Source of the DNA: Octopus bimaculoides
Lineage: Eukaryota
NCBI RefSeq assembly: GCF_001194135.2
Contig: NC_069000.1
Span: 9,955,056-10,005,843, forward strand
DNA length: 50,788 nucleotides
Direction: 5' to 3'
Shown here: positions 1 to 11,830 of the stretch, one piece after another
Layout of the letters: each line of letters starts with the position of its first letter
Numbering within the stretch: the first letter of the stretch is position 1
The notes under the pieces: generated by a model
What the model saw: the letters and a program-made list of their open reading frames with translations, nothing else
The model's database searches: none
What the model was told of the DNA's origin: nothing
Program-made: the position numbers and the translations under genes

Positions 1-911
1 TGTCTTCAGACATCCTTTCAACCAGCCATCCCCTCTCCCACGGGAAGAGAAAGCACAAACAAACACACGCAAACCGCCGCAAAGCAGCACAAAAAAAAAA
101 CTATTGAAAAGAAAAGAAAAAAAAAAAACACCGACACAAAATTACAACTGGCACGAACTGATTTGATTTTCGGATCTATCCGAAACCGGACAAGGATTAT
201 TTTTATTTATTATTTTTTTTTACATAAATTTTGAGGGCAGTCGGGTTCATTTTTAGTATTCTCGTTTGTGAGAGCAATCGAGTTTATTTCAGATATTCTC
301 ATTTTAAAAAATCATCTCTGCCTAATCATTGATAAGACGTCAGTGTTTCTTTGGTGGACGCTTGCGTTCTGAGTGCTCTTGTTTAAAGTTAATCTTGGGA
401 TTGTAATAGCGTTGGAAATTTACGAAAATTACATGCTATTAGGAATCTTTAAAAACAGAAATTGATGTTAGATGTTAAAAGGAATCAAATTTATAGCTGT
501 TATTGCAAAGCAAACGTACGCGGTAAAGACCTTAATAGTTGGCAATACGTAAAGTTATCTCCCGCTCTCTCATTATATATAGCATATGAAATGATTAACC
601 GAAATCTGCGACGGTAAAAAACCCGCTAAGAAAGCAGTAATCACAAGGTTTTGAGCAAATATTTTCGTGCGATACTTTATAATGTAATGCAGTAGATCGA
701 AATGTATACGGGTATTCAGTTGTGTGGTAGGCATTACAGGTATCAAACGCAAAAGTAGGTATGGCATCGTGTGAAATGCGGCAGGTTTTCCGTCAAGTTC
801 GGGGTATAAAATTCAATAAAGTAACATGGATTATTATTATTAATATTAGCAATAAAATTATGCTCATCTTTCTCTTTGAAATTCTACATACATATCCAGA
901 GTAAGATTGTT

Positions 912-1164
912 GAAAGGGTTAAAATTATTGAAAAGGTTAAAATTATTGAAAGGATTAAAATATACTGAAAGGGTTAAAACTAGTGAAAGGGTTAAAACTA
1001 CTGAAAGGGTTAAAACTACTGAAAGGGTTAAAACTACTGAAAGGGTTAAAACTACTGAAAGGGTTAAAACTACTGAAAGGGTTAAAACTACTGAAAAGGT
1101 TAAAACTACTGAAAAGGTTAAAACTACTGAAAAGGTTAAAACTACTGAAAGGGTTAAAACTATT
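912..1164. repeat. 18-bp minisatellite (gaaagggttaaaactact), 14 units
   Basis: Units start at 912, 930, 948 (19 nt), 967 and then every 18 nt to 1147. This array explains the overlapping ORFs at 864-1306. Confidence 0.95.
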
Positions 1165-1346
1165 GAAAAGTACAACTGAAAGAATATTAAGCTCCAACAG
1201 TTTGGTCACCGTATTTATAATGTTTGATTACATTTTATCTACAATCCTGTTTAAAAAACAGCAAGTCAAATGTTCAAAAGTTAAAACAAACTACGTGGAA
1301 ATATAATATAAAACAAGAATGATCGAAAATAGAAAGTTGAAGTTAG

Positions 1347-2639
1347 TTACATGTTTTCAAGAGTTGTAGATCTCAATCTGATACACTGTACAAATAACAG
1401 AACAGATAGCAAGATACTACTGATAAAAATGGCGAGGGTAATCTGAGTATAATGTAAATTGAAGATAATGACAGCAGACAACAGATTAAGGCTCGTAGAC
1501 AAGAGACTGTAGTTGATAGTGCTATTCGGAAAAACTAATCTTCGCTTCCAAATCGGGGAAAAAATGCAGAAGATTATGGACGAGTTGAATAATATAATCG
1601 TGCTCAGAATAACACTCCAATAATCAGATATATTTGGATATTTGCGAACCATCGTCAACAGATATGTAAAGCTGCAGGATAAATTGACTGAACTCAACAC
1701 CAGACAACCAATTATAAACAGCCAGTGTATATCAGAAGACTTGGTCGTGTCACGTTGATTTTGATGTTGCCGAAATCGTCCAAGTGCGGTCATTTCTTCG
1801 TTTTCCTCTTTGCTAGAAGTAGAAGAAAGTGACAAACGATGTGTCGTCCTTGATTCTGCTGTGGTTGGTGTCGGAACCATTATCGAACTGTCTACAGAAC
1901 TATTGCCATCTGTTTCTTCCATTTCTTTCGAACTAGCCATTAATTTTTTCAAGGTATAGCACTCTCTTTTCAAATCAGCCATTAATTTTTCGAAGGTATG
2001 GCTTTCTCCTTCCGAATCCTCCGTTGCTGATTCGCATACATCGTCGTCTAAAAGGCTCTTTTCTTCTGAATCCGCCGTTGCTAATTCGCATACATCGTCG
2101 TCTAAAAGGCTCTTTTCTTCCGAATCCGCCGTTGCTAATTCGCATACATCGTCATCTAAAAGGCTCTTTTCTTCCGAATCCGCCGTTGCTAATTCGCATA
2201 CATCGTCGTCTAAAAGGCTCTTTTCTTCCGAATCCGCCGTTGCTAATTCGCATACATCGTCGTCTAAAAGGCTCTTTTCTTCCGAATCCGCCANNNNNNN
2301 NNNNNNNNNNNNNNNNNNNNNNNNNNNNNNNNNNNNNNNNNNNNNNNNNNNNNNNNNNNNNNNNNNNNNNNNNNNNNNNNNNNNNNNNNNNNNNGCTAAT
2401 TCGCATACATCGTCGTCTAAAAGGCTCTTTTCTTCCGAATCCGCCGTTGCTAATTCGCATACATCGTCGTCTAAAAGGCTCTTTTCTTCCGAATCCGCCG
2501 TTGCTAATTCGCATACATCGTCGTCTAAAAGGCTCTTTTCTTCCGAATCCGCCATTAATGCTTCGTGTGTATCGTTCTGTTCTTCCCAATACGCTGTCAT
2601 TTCTTCGGACGTGTCGTTCTTTTGCTGGTTTGATGCCAT
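1347..2639 (-). CDS. Orphan 4-TM family paralogue 1, with a 54-bp repeat expansion in the N-tail
   Basis: MASNQQKND start. The C-terminal ~125 aa have four hydrophobic segments that align with the seven other paralogues (W..LVLS..SCS; IIFC.F.P..KR; LLSA.IIF.L; ..LENM*). A 101-N gap (2294-2394) makes the true length and frame across the repeats uncertain. Confidence 0.85.
   Translation of the reverse strand: MASNQQKNDTSEEMTAYWEEQNDTHEALMADSEEKSLLDDDVCELATADSEEKSLLDDDVCELATADSEEKSLLDDDVCELXXXXXXXXXXXXXXXXXXXXXXXXXXXXXXXXXXXADSEEKSLLDDDVCELATADSEEKSLLDDDVCELATADSEEKSLLDDDVCELATADSEEKSLLDDDVCELATADSEEKSLLDDDVCESATEDSEGESHTFEKLMADLKRECYTLKKLMASSKEMEETDGNSSVDSSIMVPTPTTAESRTTHRLSLSSTSSKEENEEMTALGRFRQHQNQRDTTKSSDIHWLFIIGCLVLSSVNLSCSFTYLLTMVRKYPNISDYWSVILSTIILFNSSIIFCIFSPIWKRRLVFPNSTINYSLLSTSLNLLSAVIIFNLHYTQITLAIFISSILLSVLLFVQCIRLRSTTLENM
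2021..2551 (-). repeat. 54-bp coding tandem repeat (ADSEEKSLLDDDVCELAT), 8 visible units
   Basis: Five units at 2021-2290 and three at 2395-2551, separated by an N gap. Confidence 0.95.
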
Positions 2640-2689
2640 CTTACACGGAAAATGTTTCTCTGTTCAATTTTAGCAGTTTTGTATTTATT

Positions 2690-2880
2690 CTGTAAGAAAC
2701 AATAGAAATGAAGCAAATCTTTGTTCTGACTTTAGAAACTGACCTTAAATAAACTATTCCAAAATTTCAACGTCCGTCTTTTTTTTTTCTTTTATTCAAT
2801 CTCATTGTTTTGCATGGAGTGCATTCCCATCAACGACGCGGTTTCAATTCTTAGTTGAAGTTATCAAACTTTCATTTCAA
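2690..2880 (-). promoter_or_regulatory. Family-conserved upstream block (AAGTTTGATAACTTCAACTAAGAATTGAAACCG) plus putative 54-nt 5'UTR intron (2743-2690)
   Basis: The same block is upstream of all 8 paralogues. Donor AAG|GTCAGT and acceptor TTTCTTACAG| on the minus strand. Confidence 0.6.
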
Positions 2881-3062
2881 GATATCGGTTGAATTGTATG
2901 AACAATACTTTTTTTCAGTTTCCCTTTCCTATAGACATCTTAGAGACAAAAAATCAATATTATAAATGTGTTGATATTTTCAGAGTAAGAGTGTAAACTT
3001 GTGACAAGCTGCAAACACTTCCCTGTCTTAATTCTTGTTTAAGAATATTACACTCCAGGTCT

Positions 3063-3257
3063 TTATGGCTCTGTAAGAGAGTGACAATCAAAATTTTTCA
3101 GGGTAACATTGGCAACACGAACGATGCTATTCTTCGCTGGAGGTCTTGCTGCGAATGCTGGAAGCGGATTCTGGTGATGATTATAAATGAACATGACTAT
3201 TAAAATGATCAACCACAAAGCAGGGACGGTCGCTTCGGTGAGCTTCCAAATAACCAT
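3063..3257 (-). CDS. 64-aa small ORF with signal-peptide/anchor-like N-terminus (copy A)
   Basis: MVIWKLTEATVPALWLIILIVMFIY... It is homologous to 12800-12994 with the same ATG and TAA positions and two compensating 3-nt indels. Coding status is unproven. Confidence 0.4.
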   Translation of the reverse strand: MVIWKLTEATVPALWLIILIVMFIYNHHQNPLPAFAARPPAKNSIVRVANVTLKNFDCHSLTEP

Positions 3258-3389
3258 TTCCCAAATTTCACTCTTAAAGGCCTTGGTCCGCCCGAACCTA
3301 TGATAGAAGACACTAACTCAATGAATCACGCAGAGGGATTTGACCTGAAACTACAATGTTTTGAATCCCACAGCTATATCTGTGCTCAT

Positions 3390-3773
3390 GAGTGGAGGCG
3401 CAATGGCCCAGTGGTTAGGGCAGCGGACTCGCGGTCATAGGATCGCGGTTTCGATTCCCAGACCGGGCGTTGTGAGTGTTTATTGAGCGAAAACACCTAA
3501 AGCTCCACGAGGCTCCGGCAGGGGATGGTGGCGAACCCTGCTGTACTCTTTCACCACAACCTTCTCTCACTCTTTCTTCCTGTTTCCGTTGTGCCTGTAA
3601 TTCAAATGGTCAGCCTTGTCACACTGTGACACGCTGAATATCCCCGAGAACTACGTTAAGAGTACACGTGTCTGTGGAGTGCTCAGCCACTTGCACGTTA
3701 ATTTCACGAGCAGGCTGTTCCGTTGATCGGATCAACTGGAACCCTCGACGTCGTAAGCGACGGAGTGCCAACA
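3390..3773 (+). mobile_element. Full-length tRNA-derived SINE (family 1) with target-site duplication
   Basis: tRNA-like head ggcgcaatggcccagtggttagggcagcggactc...ggtttcgattccc. Flanked by atctgtgctcat (3378-3389) and atctgcgctcat (3774-3785). Near-identical copy at 49960-50331. Confidence 0.9.
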
Positions 3774-5699
3774 ATCTGCGCTCATATTTACGATGTTCAT
3801 CACTAGTGGTACCCCATTTCAATGTTCAACTCTCTGTTACAAAACGAAGCGCTTCAAATACTCCATTTGATTGGTATGTTTATTTTATACTTTCAGTGCC
3901 AATAAAATAAAATACCAGTCAAGTACGGATGGATCAATGTAATCGAATAACTACTTCTTCCCGCTCTTCCCCGCCCCAAAACTATTGGCCTTGTGCTTAA
4001 ATTAGAATCGTGGAAGGTTGATGGATTGGCAGAATCGTTAGAATGCGGGGGGAAAAGGCATTATGACATTATGCTTTTCGCAGAAATACCTATGAACATT
4101 ACAGTTATCCAGACAAGTAAGGTAAAGCGCCCTCTCACAGCCTCTACTTTACAGGTTTATTCAATCGGACCGTGCTCACCACTAACGTTTACTTTTCATT
4201 AAGTTTACTGGGAGGTAGGATTTCCTCCCTCACTTCCCTTTTCCCGTGACATAAAACGGTTGATGCGGGCTTGACCAGAGAGGAAAGTGTTTATCTTCTG
4301 CCTTTTCAGTATCTCAGTTTTTAGTGAGTAAATTTTATAAATGGAAACTGTGTGGAGAATCATCATATATGTATCTACAGACTGAAAAACCGTGTGTTGC
4401 CCGGAAAAAAGAGAACAAAATTTCATTCCAGACTTGATCTATTTTTTCAATACTTATTATGATTAGCGATTCTAACATTACTGGCCTAACAGCAAATTGG
4501 TCAACTGGTTTTCGAGTACATAGGAGACAAACAGAGAAACAAACAAACGTATAATTAATTTTATATTTGCAGAGAGAGAGAGAGAGAGAGAGAGAGCTGT
4601 GTATGTGCTTGTCCCGCACCACCGCTTGACAAACAGTGCCGCACAGTGGAACTGATGCCGAATCTGTGTGATTTCAAAGCAACTTTCATAATCACACAGT
4701 CAATTCTTATGAAACAATAATTAACACAAGATATAGACACTTAAAAAAAAAATTAGAATTACCCGCCTCCACATTGGCGGTAACTTTGTTAACATTCGTG
4801 TAAGCTAGATGATAAACAAAACACAGCAAGAGATTAATTTTCATGCTTAGAAATATGTACTGTGGTCGATTTGTCCGATTAAACCCAAGGCGGTGCTCCA
4901 GCATGGCCGCATTTCAATAATTTAAGCAAATAAAGAATAATTTTAATTGTCAATCCGACTGTTGGATAACATGTTGACACCAATATTTCTTCATCCCACA
5001 AATGGTTTTTGTAACTTATTGCATGTATTTCTGTGAATTCTTGTTGCTAAGAAACCATTATAGTGAGCCTGAATTGGTGTATTTAATATCGTTTTTGCTA
5101 TTAGTGTCAGGATTACAGCAGTTTCCAAAATTATATATTTCAGAGCTTGGATTTGTTTCATGTCATGTAAAAGTTTTCGCAAGGAACAATTTATTCTATT
5201 TTATTTTATTTTATTTAACCTTTAGCAAAAGTATTTCCTTGACGTTTTGGTCTGGTTTCATATTTGATGCAGTAACCGGTGAGAGTTTTGATACACAAAA
5301 ACCATTGGTTCGAGGGGAGATACCTGCGCTGAGAAGCCAACGTAGTAAAAATGATTGCATTGTAACAATTAACGAGAACATTTCAAGCATTCTTTATTCA
5401 AAAATTTACAAAATTTTGATCTAAGTTGCGAGTGTAGAATTGCAACAGGACGAAAAATTACAAATTTAAAAAAAAAAAAAAAGATTGACATTCCTGAGGG
5501 CTTTACATATGTAAAAGGACTCTGTTGTAGACCCTACAGCGTTTTTTTTCTCGCACTCAGACACGTGTTGTAATCAAGAAATATGTGATGGTCTGCACCG
5601 ATAAAATTTGCGTGAAAATCTACAAACCATAAAGCAGGAGATTCAGAGAAAATATTTTCCTATTATCAATATTGTATTGCAATGGGTCGGAGAAATTGG

Positions 5700-6130
5700 G
5701 GAGTTGTGTAGTATCTTTGTGCGTGGGGTTTACGATAAGTTTACGATGGATGACTTGATAGCTGAGAGGAAATATTCCAGTAATGCGTTGTTCTTGAGCT
5801 GAGAAAGAGATCAAGATGGTATGGCGTATCTAAGTATCGATTTCAAAGGTGAAGAAGGGATGCAACAAGTTTTCATGCAAGGAGCTGAGATTTGCAAGAG
5901 ATTTAGCCTCTGTCCTGGTAGCATCGGTGTTGGAGGAGTGTGAGAGCTACGATCAGTTGTGAGCGTTGAAGCAATCGAGAACGAGGACTTCAGAATGGGA
6001 TGATGTGAGACATATTACAAATACAAAAGGGTAGATTTTCTAAGAGCTGCTAGTGATTCAAACTGTTCGGAGAGTAGATGTATTTATGGATGATAGTTTG
6101 TAAAAGCTAGTGGTGGTTGATGCAAGGAAA
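5700..6130 (-). mobile_element. Decayed LINE apurinic-endonuclease fragment (CR1/L2-like)
   Basis: The minus strand gives remnants resembling HP.SEVLVL.D.FNAHN, with stops and frameshifts. Similar to 24855-25390. Confidence 0.4.
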
Positions 6131-6314
6131 ATTACCAAGAAGTTATGAATATTAAAAAGGAGACTACACTATCGGAGACTAATTTTTCTGATTTAAAAAG
6201 GTTTGGTTACACTTATTTTATCAAATATTAAAAAAACAAAAAAACAAATTATTTGATTGTTCTGACAAATTATATGAAAATGTATTTTAAAGCAGGAATG
6301 AAGGTTGAAGTTGG

Positions 6315-6920
6315 TTACAGGGTTTGATGAGCTCTAAAATTTGATATCAAACTCGGTATACACAACAGAAGCAAAAGTAAGAAACTACTGATAATAATGG
6401 CAGCCATAATCCAATCATAATATAAACCGAAACCAATCGTAGCGGACAACAGAATAGATATGGTGGATAGGAGACAGTGGACGAGGCTGTGATTTGGGAA
6501 ATATGCTTTTCGTTTCGAAAACGGAAAGATGATACAGAAGATTGTCAACGAGTTGGCGGCTGTAAACACGTCTATAATAATACTCCAAAATTCTGATGTA
6601 TCTGAAAAATTGCGAACTTGTTGCAATAGATCGATAAGGCCGCAAGATAAAATAATCACCGACAACACCAGGTAGAGGAGTATACAAAACCAGTGTATAC
6701 TATAATAGTTAGTAATGTGCCGCTGCGTCTGAGGCTGATCGCCGTGTTCTTGTTGCAGACATTCTCCAGACTCGTTCATTTCTTCGTTTTCTTCGCTGAT
6801 AGATGATAGACGACGTGTCGGCCATAACTCAGTGGAATTTCGTCGCGAATTGCTCGTACTTGGAGCATCATTCGAGTTCTCCACAGGACTATCTCCATCA
6901 ATTCTTTCAGAGTTCTCCAT
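6315..6920 (-). CDS. Orphan 4-TM family paralogue 2 (201 aa)
   Basis: Intact ATG-to-stop ORF: MENSERIDGDSP, PTRRLSSISEENEEM, four hydrophobic segments, ends SNFRAHQTL. Confidence 0.9.
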   Translation of the reverse strand: MENSERIDGDSPVENSNDAPSTSNSRRNSTELWPTRRLSSISEENEEMNESGECLQQEHGDQPQTQRHITNYYSIHWFCILLYLVLSVIILSCGLIDLLQQVRNFSDTSEFWSIIIDVFTAANSLTIFCIIFPFSKRKAYFPNHSLVHCLLSTISILLSATIGFGLYYDWIMAAIIISSFLLLLLLCIPSLISNFRAHQTL

Positions 6921-8912
6921 TCTTTCTAGAGCTGTAATTTTCTTTCGCTGATTCGAAATAGTTTCCTCCGTTTAAACTATTAAGTGTTGACCATGTTTTT
7001 GTTTCTTTATTCTCTGAAAACAATAGAAATTCGAAAAATCATTGACTCTAAAAAGCGACCTCGAAATGAATTATTCCATAATTTCAACATCTGTCTTTTT
7101 TTTTTTTTTTCCTTTAGTCAATAGGCATTTCTTGCTTGCATATCATTCTAATCCACGAAGCGGTTTCAATTCTTAGTTGACATTATCAAACTTCACTTAC
7201 ACTTCAAGATAGTGGAAATGTATAAACAGAGAAGGAATAGTTTCCACAAGGAAGCTGTGCATTATCTCCCTAGAAGACAAATGAACCAAACTATAGGACT
7301 TTATTCAGGAAAATTGAGGTGGCAGCCTTTACGCCCCACCTATAAATTTTGGCTGCATCTACTAGAAATATGTTACTCACTTTTGTTAAAAAGCCGTCGC
7401 CTGGTGATGGCTTCGGAAATTTTTTTAGAAAGAGCCCTCTACAATGTACGGCAAGGCAACTAGTATCTATCTAGGGCTAGGCAGATTGGTGGAGGTCGAA
7501 GTCCTATTTGTGACTGGGGTCCTCGTACTGCAGTACTCAGGGGTCGCCTGTCGCTGTGAAGACGCTGCTTTCTTTCGCACTTATTTGAGAAAATGGACAG
7601 AGAAGCTGCCAACACGAGGGATCCACCAGAACTGGCTCTTTGGTGGATACTGGCCAGCATCGAGTTGGTGAACTAGGCGTTGTAACTAGTGTTGGACTAC
7701 ATCAATGTTCATTCTCTGAATAAAACCTAATCATTTCCAAAAGACTCCAAAGCTCATCTCCGTGTCAAATTGGGTGGAGTTGTGGGTAACTGTAGAGGGC
7801 AAAAGACTGATATGTTATTCGTGTGGAACAACTAACCACCTGATAATATTCTGCCCTCACAACTAAAACAGGAAATAAGAAAAGGGAGTCACAGTATCAT
7901 CTCTGCAACGACAACAGCATGCAGTAACAAAGGCAGAAGCAACAACAATAGCAAGGGTAAAAACCGAAGCAACATGTCTAACCTTTCTACGATGTGTCGC
8001 ATGAAGTAGATGTTCGATTATCGTGGAGAGACCGGTCTGTATGGCGCACGTCTACGCTTTCTCGACCACGCTGTCGACAACGTATACCAAACTTTTCACT
8101 AGCATGTTAATTAAAATCTTAAACTTTACTTTTATCAGGCCGGAAATTATCGATTACATTCCCTTCGTCCGTATCTTTGCTCAACAGTGCTTTTACTTCA
8201 TGGCATATTGAACTGTGAATCGTCTGTTCTTCAGCTAGTTGCAAGTATTTCTTTATTAGCCACTGGGGCCCAGACATAGAAGGGACGGCACAAGGACAGA
8301 CAACACAACTTGGGGACATAAAAAGTCAGATGAATGAGATGAATTATAATTTAGAAGGTAAAAAAAAGAGGAAATAAATTAAAAAAAAAAAAACGGGGAA
8401 AAAAAAGATGCGAAAGGAAAACAAACTTTCATAAGTTGTATAAATTAACAGTAAAACGGTCCTGCTTGAGAAGTGGGGCTCAATCCAGCCATTTCATTAT
8501 CATCGATTTTATTATACATTTTTTTATTTTCATTCATTTTATATTTTTGTCCTCCACCGTAATGTCCTGTCTGTCCTTGTGCTGTCCCCTCTGTGTAAGA
8601 ACCTGAGTGCTTAAATAAAGAAATACTGAGTCATGAAACATTGGCATTAGATGCCCAAGGGGTATTTGATAACATCCACTATGAATTGAAACCGTATCGC
8701 GGATTACAATGATATGCATGCAAGAAATTTAGATTGAATAAAGAAAATAAAAAAAAAAACGAAAATAAAACGTTGGAATAGTTTATTTAACGTGACATTT
8801 AAAAAAAATCAGAACAAATATTTCTGTAACATCTATTGTTTCTTAGACTATAAATACCAAACATGATCCAGTTAAAAAAAAAAAAAGAGTACACCTGAGA
8901 AGAAAACGAAAT

Positions 8913-9512
8913 ATGGAGAATTCTGAAAGAAGTTACGAAGAAAGTTCTGCAGAGAATTTGAATAATGATTCAATTAAGGACAATTTGCCGCTGTGGAATG
9001 AATCGAGGCGGCCAACGCGTCGTATGTCACTTCTCTCCAACGAAGAAAATATAGAAATGAATGTGCTGGAAGGATCTAGACAACACAACCAGGATCAGAA
9101 CCAACAACGCACTCATAATTCTTATATTGTACATTGGATCTTTCCCCTTCTCTACCTTGTGCTGAGTGTATTCAATTTTTCTGGAAGCCTTACACATCTG
9201 GTGCCACTTGTTCGTAATTTTTCAGATGCCTCAGACTATTGGCGTATTATTCTGGATGCAGTTATAATCATTAACGCCTGGACAATCTTCTGCGTTGTTT
9301 TCCCGATTTTGAAGCAAAGATCAGTCTTCCCGAATCTCACCCTCGTTCACGCTCTCATTTGTACTTTAGGCAATCTGTTGTCTGCTGTCATTGCCTTCTA
9401 TTTACATTATGACTGGATTATAATAGCTATTATTATATGTAATGCCGTATTTCTTTTTCTGTTGTGTTTACACGGCATGAACGTGCAATTTAAAGCCTTA
9501 GAAAATCTATAA
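8913..9512 (+). CDS. Orphan 4-TM family paralogue 3 (199 aa)
   Basis: MENSERSYEES, PTRRMSLLSNEENIEMNVL, four TM segments, ends FKALENL. Conserved upstream block at 8659-8704. Confidence 0.9.
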   Translation: MENSERSYEESSAENLNNDSIKDNLPLWNESRRPTRRMSLLSNEENIEMNVLEGSRQHNQDQNQQRTHNSYIVHWIFPLLYLVLSVFNFSGSLTHLVPLVRNFSDASDYWRIILDAVIIINAWTIFCVVFPILKQRSVFPNLTLVHALICTLGNLLSAVIAFYLHYDWIIIAIIICNAVFLFLLCLHGMNVQFKALENL

Positions 9513-10716
9513 TCAACTGTGTATATTCGATCCTGTTTTAATTACTTTTCCATGTCGTATCTTAATTGCTTTTAGAAATAATTGTAGATAAAAATGTAAA
9601 CTAGTGACAAATTGTAGTATAACCAAACCTTCTAAATACAGCTACTTCACTGTTGGAAACTTTTATTTCTTAGGAATCCCCCCTCCTATTTCTACTTGTC
9701 TAATCTCATTACATTAGTGAATTTTACACCATGAACTTCGCAGAATGTCAATAACAGCTCGGACGTACTTGTGCGATTAGCTTATGTGTGTGTATATATA
9801 TATATATATATATCGACCTTCTTTAAGTAATTCACCCTGACTATTACTAATTTCTTCAGATACATATATATATCTCAATCCCGACTTAGTTTTTTTAATG
9901 AGGTTCTTCATGACTGAGTCCAAACGTTGCGTTTTGCTCTGTCTAAAATGCATTTTTACTTTAATTGAGATCAACAGAAAAGGCGAGGCATTCATAAATC
10001 TTCAAGTGTCTAAGTTCGTTTAATAAAGCATTCTCCCCCCCCCCCCNNNNNNNNNNNNNNNNNNNNNNNNNNNNNNNNNNNNNNNNNNNNNNNNNNNNNN
10101 NNNNNNNNNNNNNNNNNNNNNNNNNNNNNNNNNNNNNNNNNNNNNNNNNNNNNNNNNNNNNNNNNNNNNNNNNNNNNNNNNNNNNNNNNNNNNNNNNNNN
10201 NNNNNNNNNNNNNNNNNNNNNNNNNNNNNNNNNNNNNNNNNNNNNNNNNNNNNNNNNNNNNNNNNNNNNNNNNNNNNNNNNNNNNNNNNNNNNNNNNNNN
10301 NNNNNNNNNNNNNNNNNNNNNNNNNNNNNNNNNNNNNNNNNNNNNNNNNNNNNNNNNNNNNNNNNNNNNNNNNNNNNNNNNNNNNNNNNNNNNNNNNNNN
10401 NNNNNNNNNNNNNNNNNNNNNNNNNNNNNNNNNNNNNNNNNNNNNNNNNNNNNNNNNNNNNNNNNNNNNNNNNNNNNNNNNNNNNNNNNNNNNNNNNNNN
10501 NNNNNNNNNNNNNNNNNNNNNNNNNNNNNNNNNNNNNNNNNNNNNNNNNNNNNNNNNNNNNNNNNNNNNNNNNNNNNNNNNNNNNNNNNNNNNNNNNNNN
10601 NNNNNNNNNNNNNNNNNNNNNNNNNNNNNNNNNNNNNNNNNNNNNNNNNNNNNNNNNNNNNNNNNNNNTTTTTTTTTTTTTTTTTTTTTTTTTTTTGTAT
10701 AGGGCGGGTAGATTCT

Positions 10717-10829
10717 CAACAATTTGATCAATAACACCTATGTCGACTGGAGAGGACATATCGTTCGTTTGTGTTATGAGATCTGCCTTGGGCTGGAGGT
10801 CAAATTTTATAGCTCTTCTAAATCTGTAA
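10717..10829 (+). pseudogene. 3' remnant of the 4-TM family (R1)
   Basis: Ends ...ALGWRSNFIALLNL* (aatctgtaa), matching the family C-terminus. Homologous to 15942-16036, including the 3' flank. Confidence 0.55.
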
Positions 10830-11429
10830 GCAAGTTTTGTATTCTAGTTGTACTTTTTTTGATAAAGCTCAACTTTTAATATTTTTATAAGCAGAGTTAA
10901 AAAAAAGACAGCACTCAGAGAACGCAAACCGCCACCAATGTTTCTTTATTTTGGCACTACGCCCTCAACACATAGGGAACACTACAAAGACACCACTGTG
11001 TGGACAAAAACATAAAACGAATGAAAAATGAAATGGCTGCATGGGCCCCACTCCCATGCAGTACCATTTGACCGTTTATATAAAATGAAACCATTTTACT
11101 TTATTTCTTTCTTCAATAAAACAACTTTACTATTTTTTTACTTTTTAATACCTCATGAAGGGTTCTAAATCCTTTAGCTCCATTACTGGTGGCAATTCAT
11201 CGAACTTCACCATCACGCCTGGTGAGTCAATCCCTTCTCCACACATGTCTTTTAGTCTGTTGTAGGTTTCTTTGTCAACCACGATGGCCTTCACATTCTC
11301 GGAATACACATCCGTGGGCAACTTAAGTCTTATGTTTAAACTTTACTACTTTTTTTTCACCGGAAAAAGAGAAGGAAGAGAAAAAAATATAAGTCCAACA
11401 CATACAGAACTTCACCCTACAACTACTCG

Positions 11430-11830
11430 AGGCCCACCCATACCCTCTTTGTCCCACCCTCGCCCTGAAGGCTCTAAGCCTTCCCCCTCCTCTCCATCAC
11501 AAAAACAAACGAAAAGAACACTTTCACACATTGGCTGTTTTGCGTATGATGATGAACTGTTTGAAAGGGGCAATTGAATGGGAGAACACAGTTCATGTTG
11601 ATGCAGAGAACGAAGAGTGTAAAGGAGTGGTAGGGACGGTTCTGTTAATAACGGAACAGCAAAGGATGGAATTAAAGAGACACGAAGGGGAATGTGAACT
11701 GTGGAAAGTAGACTTTAACAAAGAGAAACTACCACAGTTTATAGAATATAAAGAGCTTAAAAAAAGGTATGGGGTAGACATAACGGAGAACAGAAAACAT
11801 TTAAACGCAAATTATAAGTGTTTTTCAATG
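11430..11830 (+). mobile_element. Decayed repeat with coding remnants, related to 27170-27610
   Basis: LPQFIEYKELKKRYGVDI resembles IPDNIPCDELLAKYGTDV at ~27.5 kb. Both follow a cccacccataccctct segment. Probably a retroelement ORF1-type remnant (inference). Confidence 0.35.

Noticed and set aside
864-1306. Four overlapping ORFs (ERVKTT, SVVLTL, LKGLKL and FNPFSS repeats)
   Set aside because: They are by-products of an 18-bp minisatellite that has no stops in several frames; there is no unique coding sequence.
2024-2695. Antisense/alternative-frame ORFs over coding repeats (also 18960-19232 and 28302-28778)
   Set aside because: They are shadows of the in-frame tandem repeats in paralogues 1, 5 and 7.
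9961-10759. Long ORFs spanning N gaps (also 31284-31913, 38560-39148, 42936-43944, 44479-44912)
   Set aside because: They consist of X residues and poly-A or (TA)n translations, so they are assembly artefacts.
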